From Blepharisma stoltei ATCC 30299 (Eukaryota > Protista > Ciliophora), in the NCBI GenBank assembly GCA_965603825.1, contig CBFDEM010000033.1, positions 248,001 to 312,000 on the forward strand: 64,000 bases of DNA. The letters are read 5' to 3'. This document shows, piece after piece, positions 35,631 to 48,018 of this stretch. The first letter of the stretch is position 1, and the number at the start of each line of letters is the position of its first letter. The position numbers were made by a program, and so were the translations under genes. Under the pieces are notes generated by a model. The model was not told the origin of the DNA. It ran no database searches and saw only the letters and a program-made list of their open reading frames with translations.

Positions 35631-37706
35631 TTAATTAACAGGAATTCTAGCTCTAATTAGTGTGCTTTTGAGAAGCTTACTTGCTTGAAGAATTTCATTG
35701 AAGAAATTTTCATCTCTGAACGACTGGTACTTAGCAAAAGTCTTCAATATTTTTAGTAGGTTCTTCCAAAAATGCCAGCCCCTTCTAAAGTCTAGTTCCA
35801 AATCAGCCATTTGTGGCATCTGCTCTCTAATCTGGTCGATAGATTCTCCCAACAGCAATTTTTTGATTGCAATTCCCAATCCAATATTTGAGTGGCAGCC
35901 AAAAGGCAATGATTCTCCTGCAGTAATGAGTGCTTTTGAATAGCCAATTCTTCCTGATAAATATTCTCTCAGCAGTAGTACTTCGCCAAGGGTTTGATAA
36001 GTCATTGTGATTAATTTCACTAAGGCTTGGAACTGAGACAAGTCATAGTCAATTGTTCCTGTCCATGGCTCATCTTTAAGGTTAGGCTGAATCAAAGAAA
36101 AAACTCTGGAGATCAGTCTTATTTGATGTCTTAAATCGTCATTTTCTACTGGAATCAGCACTAGTTTGGTAAAAGCATCGTTATCTAAATATTTTGACTC
36201 TGTTTGTCCTAGTGTTCTTCCATTCAGTATCCCAAATTTCAGTAATTCCTGCAAGTAAAAAGCTTGGGTTTGCCATTCAGGGCTACATTGCATTAGTGCT
36301 TTTCCAAAAAGCATAGGTTTCCCAGTGCTCGAAATATATCCTGCATTTTCCAAACACTTAAATATCACTTTGGCAATAATCATATTTGTGCCTTCAAGAT
36401 TTGTCTCTTCATTTCCAATTGGGCTTTGGATTTTTGGCTCGGTTTCTCCATGCGAATCATAATGCCACTTCAAGCAAAACTGTAAATCAGGCATATTCTT
36501 TCTTTGTCTGCTAAGCTCAGCTTCTAAATCGGCATTAGAAAAGTTAAAAATAAGTTGGTCAATTTTTTCGTAAGGTAGTAAATATGGCATATTTTGATTG
36601 AACCAATAAAGAACTTGAATATTCGTCTGTGAGTATTCTGCAGGGAGATTTTCTATAAATAATGAAATTGTTTTCTTTCTAAGCGGTTTTAGCTTTCTTA
36701 ACAGCTCTCTATAATAATCTGAGTCTGCAAAAGGGGGCAACTCTACCAGCTTTTGGTTTGCAACAGTAGTTAGAAGCTGAGGAGAAAGCGGGATAATTCC
36801 CATCCCAAAATACACTTCTTTTGTGAAGCGAGTTGGAATTAATTTGTTTAAAAGCGGGTCTGGCTTTATAAACAAGCCAGGAGGTGAATATTCAATAGCG
36901 ATTTTGCTATTAACTAAAGCATGAACATTATCCAAATACTCTTTATCTTGAGCTTTAGGGGCTAGGGCTTTGTAGTCAGAATTTTTAAGCTTTTTGATAG
37001 TTTCTTTTAAGTTTTGGTTTTTCATGGTTTTCTTACCAAACCAATATCCATGAAGGATAAAGGCTGAAGTCAAACTCTCAGAAGTTGTGTCATACTCATA
37101 CTCAATAATTTCGCTTGATAAAATATAATCATAACACCTGGTTTCCGGATAAAGCTTAATGACTACTTTTTCTGGGTTGTAAAATAGCAAATCAGTGCTA
37201 CCCATTATAGCTCCTACCAATTTTTTATTTTCAAGGTAGCCTAATTGAGAACTCTGATGATAAGGAGCTCTCATTACTTCTCCCCCAAGTGCTCTGATAC
37301 ACTTAATAACCTCACTATAAACTTCCCAAGGAACCTTTTTTCCTTCTTCCAAGGCAGCTAAAAGTTTTTCTTTGTTGCCATTTGCGTACATCTCCCATGC
37401 TTCTGCACGGCCTTTGACTTTGCGGTCTAAAGATTTTTGAGTTGTGAGGGAAATCGAGATTCCTTGGAAAACAATGATTGGGATTACTCCTTCTGCGATT
37501 AAGGAGCCTAGATAATTATTCAGAGTTGACCGTAATGATAGAGGAGGACCACCCATTATTTTAGAAAAGGGTTCTGAAGGCAAAATTTGTTCTAAAAGCC
37601 ACTCACCGTCTATTGCAAGTGAAGGCTTTAGTTCGGAGTATCCACCTTGGTGCACCAACTCAACTCTGTTAGCATCTTTTAATACTTCTTGACTTGGATC
37701 AACCAT
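35631..37706 (-). CDS. MKT1: MKT1-like XPG/PIN-domain post-transcriptional regulator, 691 aa
   Basis: LAIDG, PIIVFQG, MRAPY..SSQLGYL, GSTDLL, WTGTIDYDL, LPF....GLGI. Confidence 0.8.
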   Translation of the reverse strand: MVDPSQEVLKDANRVELVHQGGYSELKPSLAIDGEWLLEQILPSEPFSKIMGGPPLSLRSTLNNYLGSLIAEGVIPIIVFQGISISLTTQKSLDRKVKGRAEAWEMYANGNKEKLLAALEEGKKVPWEVYSEVIKCIRALGGEVMRAPYHQSSQLGYLENKKLVGAIMGSTDLLFYNPEKVVIKLYPETRCYDYILSSEIIEYEYDTTSESLTSAFILHGYWFGKKTMKNQNLKETIKKLKNSDYKALAPKAQDKEYLDNVHALVNSKIAIEYSPPGLFIKPDPLLNKLIPTRFTKEVYFGMGIIPLSPQLLTTVANQKLVELPPFADSDYYRELLRKLKPLRKKTISLFIENLPAEYSQTNIQVLYWFNQNMPYLLPYEKIDQLIFNFSNADLEAELSRQRKNMPDLQFCLKWHYDSHGETEPKIQSPIGNEETNLEGTNMIIAKVIFKCLENAGYISSTGKPMLFGKALMQCSPEWQTQAFYLQELLKFGILNGRTLGQTESKYLDNDAFTKLVLIPVENDDLRHQIRLISRVFSLIQPNLKDEPWTGTIDYDLSQFQALVKLITMTYQTLGEVLLLREYLSGRIGYSKALITAGESLPFGCHSNIGLGIAIKKLLLGESIDQIREQMPQMADLELDFRRGWHFWKNLLKILKTFAKYQSFRDENFFNEILQASKLLKSTLIRARIPVN

Positions 37707-38386
37707 TATGATGTTTACATATCATGGATTTTTGAGAATAATTTAGAGTTTTTTATTTTACTTCTATAATCTATAAGATAAAGAACTATAAGTAGAAAAG
37801 CACAAAAATAATATAATAGTGAGAAAGGACAATGTTATAAGCCATCGTGATTTAGTGAAAATTTGTTATGCTTTAGAGTTTTTTTGACGAGCATAACAGA
37901 AGTGAAATAGATTGTCAAATCTTTATAAGAGAAAAATCCTAATTTTAAAATATCAAATTTAAAAGAAGAAATAAAAATTTAATCTAAAACGCCTAATAAT
38001 ATATATTTAATTTTATACACACAAGTTAGAATACCAAAAAGTCTAAAATTTTCAAAATGATGTTGAAAATAAGAAATGAAATTTTTAATAAAACATCAAT
38101 ATGTGAAATGAATAAATACTCCAAATAAAAAACATTAGTATTCTCAACCTATTTCCATGTATTTCAATCATTATCAGCTTCTTCGTTACATATTTTATTT
38201 TTTTCACCAGTCTTATTAGATTCATGATTTTTGCGGTAGAAAGAGTTATTTTTTATTTCAGATTCTTTAAATGATCTTTACATGTAGGCTTAACTAGGAG
38301 TTTATATCAAGAATATTTATTAATTAAACTATCGCATCATTATTCACTTAATTCATGTGTTCAAAAATTCTAATGGATTATATATT

Positions 38387-39154
38387 ATGGATACAACTCA
38401 TCACGAAGGCATTGAAATAGAACAAAAACTCAATGACATAGCTCTCGAGCAAGTACACTCTCTGGCCCAAATGCCAGGCTCAGACAATGACACATGGCCG
38501 AGTTGGCCAAGTTCCCCTCATTCAAATTTAGAACGAGGAATGGACGAATATCTCGACAAAATATTTGAAGACAAACAAGAGTCTCAAGAGGAATCCCCAA
38601 CATCTCCATCAAACCTCAAAAAGAAAAGAGGAAGAAGGCCTCTTCGCCCACACGACCCAATCAAGAAAAAAACTGAAGAAAAAGACAAATATTGGCTGAG
38701 GGCTTTCCGAGCTCACATGAAAGACCTCTATCCGAAGATTTCTGACCAGATGAGCTTAGAAGAGCAAGTATTTTGGAATGAGCATTTAGGACCTAATGGT
38801 AAGCCTGAAAAAGGAAACAGATTTTTATCATATGGAAAGCGGTACAAGAACTATCTCTTCACAAGGCCTTATTTTGTAACACTTTTTCAGGAGTGGTTTA
38901 AAGAGAACGGAAAGGCTGAACTTTCGAAGAAATGCAAGCCTGGAAGCGATCTTTGGTTCGTATTTTACGATTATGCAACTAAAGATCTCCTGAATTATGT
39001 GCCGACCGGCAGTTCTTCCATAGATGGAAGAGAATCCCCACTCAGCTGTGCATCGCCTCCTGGGGAAACACAAGATGAACTGATCAATGAGCCTATGGAT
39101 TTCTTTATGGTAGACAATGAAAGTGAAGATATAATTGAGTCATTTTTTAATTAA
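38387..39154 (+). CDS. Putative DNA-binding protein with AT-hook-like basic motif, 255 aa
   Basis: KKKRGRRP followed by a helical Trp-rich domain (KDKYWLRAFR...FLSYGKRYK); acidic termini. Confidence 0.7.
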   Translation: MDTTHHEGIEIEQKLNDIALEQVHSLAQMPGSDNDTWPSWPSSPHSNLERGMDEYLDKIFEDKQESQEESPTSPSNLKKKRGRRPLRPHDPIKKKTEEKDKYWLRAFRAHMKDLYPKISDQMSLEEQVFWNEHLGPNGKPEKGNRFLSYGKRYKNYLFTRPYFVTLFQEWFKENGKAELSKKCKPGSDLWFVFYDYATKDLLNYVPTGSSSIDGRESPLSCASPPGETQDELINEPMDFFMVDNESEDIIESFFN

Positions 39155-39176
39155 TGCTGTTCGTATAATTTAGTTA

Positions 39177-40526
39177 TTAATTCTCTAACTCTTCTGCGAA
39201 GCCTTGACTTCTTTTCGAACGATTTTTGCGATTAAAAACCATCCACTTCCACCTTTGCATGCTGCGCTCAGGCACTTTTTTTAATGCGTAGGAGACTCTG
39301 ATTGCGACTTGTTTTTTGATGTCAGCGATTCTTTTTGCTTGGAGGGATTTTATGTCCTCGTTGACTTTTTCAGTTTGGACTGATATTTCTGCCATGCGGG
39401 CTTCTTTAAGCTGGATTTCTTCGTTCATTTTTTCAACAGCTTCTCTGATAGCTTTAGCGTTGTCACCATGCAGCTCTTCAAGTCTTATGGCTTCTGATTC
39501 TTTTTCTTTATTGGATTCTATTAGTTTTGCAATTTGTTTTTCTAAGTTTGGGATTTCTTTTATTTTTTCTGACAAATCTTCATTGTGCTTATTCAGCTGC
39601 TTTATATACTCATTTTCTTGCTTTATTAAGTCCTCTTGATCTTTAATTTTATTTTGAATTTCAAGAATAGACTGTTTAGAAGCAGCGATCTCATGTTTTT
39701 GAGCCTCAATTTCTTCAAGCTTTTTCTTTATTTCAATGAATTCCTTTTCTTTATCTTCAAGATCCAATTGAACAGCTCTCAGCTCTTCAGGATCAGTTTT
39801 GATATTCATTTTGACAAGTTCCCATGACCTTTCAATATCATTTTTTTCATTTCTCAGCTGCTTGATTTTCTGTTGGATTTGTTTCAGCTGTTCATCTTTT
39901 GCGTTAAGGAGTTGGGCATATTGCTCATTTTCAAGCTTGGTTTGAACCAATTCAAGTTCTTTATCAAGCTCAGATCTACTATGAAGCCTCATTAAAATCT
40001 GTTCAATAGTCCCTCCTCTGCTAGAGCTATGCACCATTTCTTTTTCTTTGACAATGTTTATCATAGGCATTAGGTAGGGATATTGTTCTTGAATTAAATT
40101 TTCAACGCTTTGAGTTTTGGATTTTATATGCTGGGCCTTTTTACTGTCAATTTGTTTTAGAATACTGACTACATGGATAAGCTGCTCACAAATTTTTTTC
40201 TCAAGCTCAGATTCTTCTAAGCGGACCCATAAGTATTGGGAACTTTTATTAGTGGAGTCTCTGAATTCTTGCACCTTTTTAACGATTTCTTCAGGTGAAA
40301 TATCTTCAATACCGATATAGTGAAGGAGGCTTTTCAAAGTCTTTTGTGTACGAATTTGCTCTTCGTCTACCATGTCACTATAACCTCCAGATAGATTAAT
40401 TGCTGTTGGGACTCCTGTGGAGCTGTGAGCAAGAGTAGCTTCATATGCAGCATTTTTTAGCTTTAGTGATTTGATCTCTTCTTCAATTGTTCCAACAGCG
40501 TGGTTTTTGGCACAAAGGCAGCCCAT
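39177..40526 (-). CDS. N-acylated (MGCLC) coiled-coil protein, 449 aa
   Basis: Myristoylation/palmitoylation motif, long heptad repeats. Confidence 0.8.
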   Translation of the reverse strand: MGCLCAKNHAVGTIEEEIKSLKLKNAAYEATLAHSSTGVPTAINLSGGYSDMVDEEQIRTQKTLKSLLHYIGIEDISPEEIVKKVQEFRDSTNKSSQYLWVRLEESELEKKICEQLIHVVSILKQIDSKKAQHIKSKTQSVENLIQEQYPYLMPMINIVKEKEMVHSSSRGGTIEQILMRLHSRSELDKELELVQTKLENEQYAQLLNAKDEQLKQIQQKIKQLRNEKNDIERSWELVKMNIKTDPEELRAVQLDLEDKEKEFIEIKKKLEEIEAQKHEIAASKQSILEIQNKIKDQEDLIKQENEYIKQLNKHNEDLSEKIKEIPNLEKQIAKLIESNKEKESEAIRLEELHGDNAKAIREAVEKMNEEIQLKEARMAEISVQTEKVNEDIKSLQAKRIADIKKQVAIRVSYALKKVPERSMQRWKWMVFNRKNRSKRSQGFAEELEN

Positions 40527-40978
40527 TTATAAAATATACTTGAATATGAATTTAAGGAAAAAATTAAGCATAATTATAAATACAGTATATAGAATGCCCA
40601 AAAATTATCATTTAACTATTTTATATAATCAAAATTATATAGATTGACTATTAAGAGACACAAAATTTTATATATAAAATTAAGAATTTAGAAAGGATGC
40701 ATACTCTAAAATTTAAACCTGAATCTCAAATAAATCAATTTAATATAATGGATGAATTAAAATGCTGTTAATTTTTTTTTCTTTTCAACGAAAGGGTCAC
40801 TAACCAAGTCAAGCAAAATTTATCATTTAATTTATATTTAATTTAATTTACTTAAATTAATTAAATTACTGAATTAATTATACGCCAAGCTCTTACAGCG
40901 CAGAGATGGACGCATATCGAATTAGCCTATATAAAAAAATTAATAGATCTAGCATATTGTAATTAATCATAATAGATC

Positions 40979-42673
40979 ATGGATCAAAAATTACTTGGCG
41001 ACCAATATTCTCAATCCCCAGATAAAGCATCTCCTTTTCCAGGTGCTTGTAATTTTCATTTAGATTCTGATTTCTATTCACTTGAGAGCCCATTTTCAGC
41101 TTTTAAGACAACAGCAGGAACAAATACTAATCTGAGCCCTCAGCTGCAAGCTAAAACTCAAAATTCAAGCCCGAACCCAAGAATAGTTAGCTTTCAAAAA
41201 TCAGCACCAAATAGTCTGAGAAAAATAATCCCTCCTCCACCAGGATTTGAATGGACTCAAGATAATGGAACTGGCGATAAAAATATTCAATCAGATCTAA
41301 AAATTGACAGCCCAACACTTAAACTAATCCAACATGGGGAATCATATCAGTCTGTAGAAGAACTAAGTAACGAACTTGAAATTTATAAAAGAAAACTTGC
41401 AAGAGCAGAAAAAGATGTAGAAAAATATAAAAATTCATATTATACAGTATTGCAATTACATGATACCAATAGTGATTCAAGAGCTGATAAGCAATTTCAG
41501 TCATTCAAAGCGGATGAAAGATTTTATGAATGTAAGGCTTGCAAAGAAATCCAGCAGGAGAACTTTGTTTTGCATGAAAGAATCACAAAATTTGCTGCTG
41601 AAAATAGCAAAGTTTTAACAAGTTTTTATGGCTTATTTACACAATTTCAAGCCATTCAAATTGAAAATCGAGAGCTCTGGGGAAAATTCAAAGCTGCAAT
41701 TGAAGGGAAGCCAATAGTATTTAACTGTACAGCAGAAAAATACTGCAATATTGCAAAAGGGTATAAAGATCAGCTCATTGCTATGCAGAAAGAGTTGGAA
41801 GATTTAAAAAGAAGTCCTAATGGTTTCAAAAACTCTGCAAGATCTTTTGGGCTTGACGATAAACTATCTCAGGAAAGCAATAGCCCAGAAATCCGAACTT
41901 CATTTAAAAAAGACAGATCTGACTCAATTAAGCATGTAGCCATTAATGAATGCCAAGAATGTCTCCTTAAACAGTCACGTCTAGTCGAAAAGGATAAAAT
42001 TATTAAAGAGCTCCGAGACTCTTTAAATTCTCCACTACTTCGTTCCCAAAGCCTTGATATATCCACGAATAAAGACTTTCAAATATTAAAAGAGCATCTT
42101 TGGCATAAGATTTCCTTTATAAGAAACTTACTTGGAGAGCCAACTCAAATAGCTCTTCCAGGACATAAAGCAGTAATTGGTCTACTGGAAAGTCGAGAAA
42201 TTTTAGAAAAATGGTGGAATCAGCGATCAAACTTCTCACAAGAAAGTGACTGGATTAAAGAAGGGCAGCAGATAATATCACAAGCCTGTGCATTCGCAAA
42301 AGATACTTTAGAGGTAAAACCAATGATAAAAGGAAGACCAGGACGAGAGCTCAGGATGAGTGTCCATAAACAAGTGATTGAGATTGAGCAAGCGTTTAAT
42401 AAGATGTCTTCAATGTCTCCTGAAATCGAAGAAATTAAACGCATGTTTCTTGAGCTCCCTTATCTATTAAAGCCAATTTTTGATCTGATGAAAGAATATG
42501 AGCAGCAAAATGCAGGCATTGAACTTTCACCAGACTTGAAACTTGACTCTGTAATTAGTGAACTAAAAATACTTCAAGACTCGCTATGTGATCAACCGAG
42601 TAAAATAGAAGGTAATGAGCAATTCGCTCCGATTGTAAGAAGAAATTCTAAAAGGCATCGAACTAATGCATAA
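40979..42673 (+). CDS. Hypothetical coiled-coil protein, 564 aa
   Basis: Long ORF with CxxC pairs (CKAC, CQEC) flanking coiled coils. Confidence 0.75.
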   Translation: MDQKLLGDQYSQSPDKASPFPGACNFHLDSDFYSLESPFSAFKTTAGTNTNLSPQLQAKTQNSSPNPRIVSFQKSAPNSLRKIIPPPPGFEWTQDNGTGDKNIQSDLKIDSPTLKLIQHGESYQSVEELSNELEIYKRKLARAEKDVEKYKNSYYTVLQLHDTNSDSRADKQFQSFKADERFYECKACKEIQQENFVLHERITKFAAENSKVLTSFYGLFTQFQAIQIENRELWGKFKAAIEGKPIVFNCTAEKYCNIAKGYKDQLIAMQKELEDLKRSPNGFKNSARSFGLDDKLSQESNSPEIRTSFKKDRSDSIKHVAINECQECLLKQSRLVEKDKIIKELRDSLNSPLLRSQSLDISTNKDFQILKEHLWHKISFIRNLLGEPTQIALPGHKAVIGLLESREILEKWWNQRSNFSQESDWIKEGQQIISQACAFAKDTLEVKPMIKGRPGRELRMSVHKQVIEIEQAFNKMSSMSPEIEEIKRMFLELPYLLKPIFDLMKEYEQQNAGIELSPDLKLDSVISELKILQDSLCDQPSKIEGNEQFAPIVRRNSKRHRTNA

Positions 42674-42926
42674 TAAATAAATAACTAAAAATGCAAAAGA
42701 TATTATTATGAAGGGTTTTACGCAGGGAATTAATTTTAAAATAAAATTTCATCAATCACTATGAAATATATTTGATTTTTCTTAGCTTATGCAAAACTAA
42801 AAAATGATTTTAATACATAAAGCTTTATTTTTAATGTCTTATGCTTATGATACCAAAATAATTATCCACCACCAAAAATAATGAGCTCGTAATCAATTAG
42901 ATATTTTCTTAATGGATTTGTAATTT

Positions 42927-43652
42927 ATGCGAATAGCTAGATTTATATCCAGGTCCTTCGCAGAAAAGCGAAGCTATTCGCGAGTCCCTGCAAAAGCTCC
43001 AGAAATGCCAAAATACCTAACTGAAACATATTGGTGGGCCTATGTCCACCCCAACGCTGTCTGGTTTTTTGAAAGGCAATGATTAGTCAACTTGATCCTC
43101 TGGGGAAACTTCAACCGCTTAAGAGACTATGCTTTAAACGAAATCACATTCCCTAGCAAAACTTTACAAGTAGCATGCGTTTATGGGAATTTTACCCAGA
43201 AATTGACCAAACTTTCAAATTCAAATTCCGAAGTCCATGTAGTAGATGTCGCTGAAATCCAGCTTGAAAATTTGAAAGAAAAATGCAAAAATGCCACAAA
43301 TCTGCACCTTCATCATCAGGACTCAACAAATCTTGCATTTGAGGACAATGTATTTGATAATACAGTGCTTTATTTCTTGCTTCATGAGCAGCCCGAAGAA
43401 GCAAGGAAATTGACGATATCTGAAGCAGTGAGGGTTACAAAACCTGGAGGAAAAGTCGTATTTGTGGACTATCATGGGCCTTCAAAGCTTAATCCTTTTC
43501 GATATATAATGATTCCGATCCTAAGAACTCTAGAACCATTTGCACTGGATTTGTGGAAGAAAGAAATAAAAGATTGGCTTCCTCAGGTGACAGAAGTTAA
43601 GAAAGATACATATTTTGGAGGCTTATACCAAAAAATAGTAGTTAAAAAGTAA
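42927..43652 (+). CDS. rquA: Rhodoquinone biosynthesis protein RquA with mitochondrial presequence, 241 aa
   Basis: PKYLTETYWWAYVHPNAVWFFERQ[W=TGA 43080]LVNLILWGN, LQVACVYG, FLLHEQP, VDYHGP, LEPFA, FGGLYQK; N-terminus MRIARFISRSF. Confidence 0.93.
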
Positions 43653-43808
43653 TTTCTAATTATTTTATTGTTTAATGTACTAATCAAATAAATAGTATAT
43701 CAGAATTTGTGTATTCTGCATTATAGTAATTATAATTCAATGTACTAAGCTACTATTGAAGCCTGCCTATTCTCTTACTCACGCAAGAAGTTTTAAAAAG
43801 TAAATATT

Positions 43809-46427
43809 ATGGAACTTAAGAATAATTTGTCAAGGTATTGAGCATTTAGGCAACAGCCAAATCCAAAATCCTTCTGGATAAAGTATTATAAGGTTAGATT
43901 TGGAGGGGAAGTAGAGAAAATCTATAATAAAGTTCAAAAACCTGTAAGTATAGAAAAAGAATTAAAAATAATTCTTAAAAGCTTATGCGAAGAATGAGGA
44001 TTAGATCTCGAAGAGATTCAAGAATACTTTACTGAAAGGCTCAACCCTAATGATCATAGAGATTTTGTCAATTTATACGATTTAAGCCTTGAAGCCCTAA
44101 GAAGGAGGCTTGGAAATTACATTCTAGAAAAAATTTTTGAGATTGAAGGAGATAAAGATGAAGATATCAGCGATTATTTGCACAATATATGAGATAAAGA
44201 AAACCCAGAAGAGTTTCTCAGATTAAAAATACAAGAAAACATAAAACAGACAAATAACGTCAAGACACCAAAATCAAGTCAAAGAAAATTAGGCAAAGCT
44301 AACCAATCTCCAGAACAAAGCATAAGATCTCGTGGAAAAGACTTGCAAAGCCAGTCACCAGAGCAAAGCATAAGATCAGTTGATCAAGAAAAACTAAGCC
44401 AGTCCCCGCAGCTAAGTCCGAAATTAAGTTCCAAGAAAAAAGAGCTAACAAATGAAAGCGTCAAGCAGTTAAAAGAGCAAATTGAGTCAGCAGTTTCAAG
44501 TATCAAAAAAATCGATAATGAGTTTGTAAGTTTTGTATCTCAAAATCAAAAGGATAGAGAGAGTGATTATTCTGGAGATGTGTCAATAAAAAGTGCACTA
44601 GACAAAAATGAAGAAAAACTTAAATCCCCTTCATCTCCTATAAAATATCTAGAAAGCCAAGAATCAGCAGCCTCTAGTGTAAGAAAATTAGCAAAAGAAG
44701 ATATTCAAACGATAATTAAACAGCCAAGTGAAATAAATACTGGCTCTCCAAGTTCAAAGAACCAAGGAAATTTCTCATTTGTTGATAGAGACAGTCCAAG
44801 TCTTAATAATGATTCTTATCTAGAGAAAAAAAATCGGTTAAATTCTAAAAAGGATAAAAGTCCTAGACAATCCCCAAGTCTTCGCAATCAAGACCATAAC
44901 AATAAACTCCAAAAAGAATTCTATAATGAGCAAGCAAATGCTATCAAAGAAGCATGAATAACAAAAATTTTGGAGCCTCTTTCTCTAGAAATTGAAAAGA
45001 TCTTTTATTCTTATGACCCATATGATGAAAAGCTTGTGGAAATAAAACATTTAAAAAATGTCTTCAGTGAAGTCATAAAAATTGCAAATTTGGAGCTATC
45101 TGAATATGGTTTAGATGATTTTGAGAGAATTGTAAATAAAGAATTTATATCAAGCAAGAGAGACAAATCGCTAAACAAGACTCAAACAAATAAAGTAGAT
45201 TTTAATCAATTCATAAAAATTATACAAGAATGGTCAATGAAAAATGAGCCAGAGCCTACTGATTTTATAGGAAAAATTAAAAGAACGATTAAACAATATG
45301 AAAATATTATCTATGCATATGGAGGTGCAAGCGAAGATACAGCTCCAGTAGAAATTTTAATTCAAGAGCTTAAACAAGAGCTTAATTCTCATATTTCTGC
45401 AAAAGAAATTAAAATAGCCAAACAAATCGCTGATCAGCAAAGAAAAAATCTATCTGAAATTTTCCAATTTTATTCAAAAATCCAAAATATGATGGGGCAA
45501 GATCCCACATTTGATGAAATCAATGAAAGCTATTCTGTATGAACAGTTGTTAAATTCTTGAAATTTCTGACTGATTTCAATGTTTTAGGGAAGCAAGAAG
45601 AAAGAGCTCGCTATTTAAATAAAGATCATGCTATAGCAATTTTCAAAAAATTAGCAAATAATTCTCGGCTTATGAGTGAAAGTCAATTTATTGATTCCCT
45701 TGACAAAATTACTGATTTATACTATAACAAAGAATATGACACTATTTATAATACTTCTGTTAGTAATAAAACACTTCTTGAAAAACGCGATCTTTTTTAT
45801 CGATTTTTAGAGCTTGACAATAGAAGTGCATTCTTAAAGAAGGCGAAAGGCTTCAGAATTGCATTCAGTCATGAGAATGGTGGTGCTCGAATATCAGAAA
45901 ACGACACAAGTAAGCGTTATATTTTCAGAATGTCGCCAATAAAGAAACAGAAACTAGAAGAATGGAGGAAAATGAAGCAATCCAAATCAGCTCCTCATTC
46001 AAATGTCAAGCTTAGACCGCAGCCTCAGAAATCTCTAAATGAAAGTAAAATAGCTATTCCTGCTTCAGGATATGCACAGAGAAGAAGAGCTCAACGAATT
46101 GTAAAAGGAGAAGAAATCCCTTATAAATTTGAAGAAGAAACTATTCCACAGCAGCTAAAATCTCAAAAAGTGCTAACATTACAAGAAATAAATGGAATGG
46201 ATTATGGAGAAATTGATGAGCAAGGAGATTTGAAGGATTTAATAACGGATGAAAATGACGAATATTTAGACCAATTGTGAGGATTTAATAAAAAAGAGTC
46301 GCAATCGAAGATTCAAGATGATTTAAAAAGATTGCAAAATATTATAAAAATGCATGATGAAAAAATTGCAAAGGGGCTAAAAGTTTTGGAAAAAGCAAGG
46401 CAAGGATATGGTTATGGAGTCAGATAA
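43809..46427 (+). CDS. Large protein with EF-hand-like and p25alpha/TPPP-like regions, ~870 aa
   Basis: TGA=Trp joins the ORFs through to TAA 46425; EIFQFYSK...KFLKFLTDF...IFKKL...QFIDSL; probable intron 43835-43849. Confidence 0.7.
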
Positions 46428-46539
46428 AAAGAATTGATATAATAGTAATTTTTAAAATTTTTACTCTTTATTCTATTTCTATAAACTAATAAGACCTAAT
46501 TGTGTTGCTTTCTGCTCATATTTAATAATTGACAAATCT

Positions 46540-47721
46540 TTACATTAAAACTTGCTGTTTTTGAAACCTTTCCATAAATTTCTTAAATAAAGCAATATAT
46601 TTTTCATACTTACTTTTTTCATTAATAGGTTCTGCAGTATTTCAAAAAGCCGTCACTATATCAGGAAATGATACTAACTGTGGCATTAGACCAATAATTT
46701 TTCCACCACATGAAAATTCATTATCGCAATATGTCACAGAATGTACAAAAACATTGTAAAAAGTATTTGGAAAAGTCATTGCCGAGATTGTTGCTAATGG
46801 GAGAAAAATTTGCATTCTTCTATATGGCGAGTAAACAAGGGGAAATTTTAGTAAGCCTTTCATGCATGCTGCTTCTCCAATTATAGCCATTCCTTCAGCA
46901 AAATACTTGGATTTAGGCTTAATCCTTATAAAATGATCAAAAATTGTCATAAAATCTCCGAAAATTCTTTCAATCATATCAATTAATATCATCGTGTGTG
47001 TATTAAATCTCTTTGCTCTTTCATATAAAGTCAACAAACTCAAAAGAAATCAAAGGGTTTGATGAAATGCATTTCTTTTTAATTGCACTTTTTTAAACAT
47101 TATTTGTTCAAATATGCTGTCCATAGTTGCGGATCCTAAAACTGCATGATATTTTTCTATTTCAGTTTCAAGGAAATTGATATATATATCAAAATTCTGA
47201 AAGCATTCTGCTAAGTCATTTTCGTGGAAATTGTGTATAAGATATGGGATATAAAAAGAAATTACACTCTTATATATATCAAGAGAGTTTTTTCCTTTTT
47301 TTATATTTTGTGCTCTTAAAATTGCTAATGGGTGAGAGTCGTCTTTGGATTGGAGATAACCAATTGCATTATTTAACTCATTCTGCAAGTCCTTTGCAAT
47401 TGTATGATTAGCAATTGTCCATGCAATATCTTGAAGTGGGTTTATGATTCTTGGGGACGTGATTATTTGCAATCGAATGATGGAATCAAAGAAGTCAAGC
47501 CCATAATAGGAAAATAATGTAGGATCTATTGAATTGAAACCTACAAACGTAGCAAGGGCTTGAACATGACGAGGACGAAGTTCAGAGATTTTATTTACTG
47601 AATTGGCAAAGTCTTGAAATGAGTAGATTAGGCTAGTCCTTCTGAAGTCGATTTCATTTTGATTGGTTTGTTTTGAAAATTGTAAAAGCTGATCTTGGAA
47701 AACTTCAAAACATTCAGCCAT
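46540..47721 (-). CDS. Hypothetical helical protein, 393 aa
   Basis: ORFs joined by TGA 47050 and 46642; TAA at 46540. Confidence 0.7.
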
Positions 47722-48018
47722 TTATCAAAAAATATAACCAAATTAATAAATAGCTGCAAATCATCATTTTGATATGTACTTAAAGCCTTGAAAGTATTCT
47801 TTCATGACACTATCAAACTAAATTATGCTAAATTTTGCTTTTGATTTATCATGTATGATAAAAAAAGAAATATTCTTTAGCTTTCTGCAAGGCAATAGTT
47901 ATATATTTCATGAAAACCTTTTCTATTTAATCTTAATTTCATCAATATTTTGTTGTTTACCATTAACCTCACTGATTTTCGTGTTCTGTTGAAATAACTT
48001 CTTCATACCAAATAATAA

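Noticed and set aside
38799-38813. 15-nt GTAAGCCTGAAAAAG as an intron
   Set aside because: AAG acceptor is unlike the ten supported introns; reads as plausible protein (GKPEKG).
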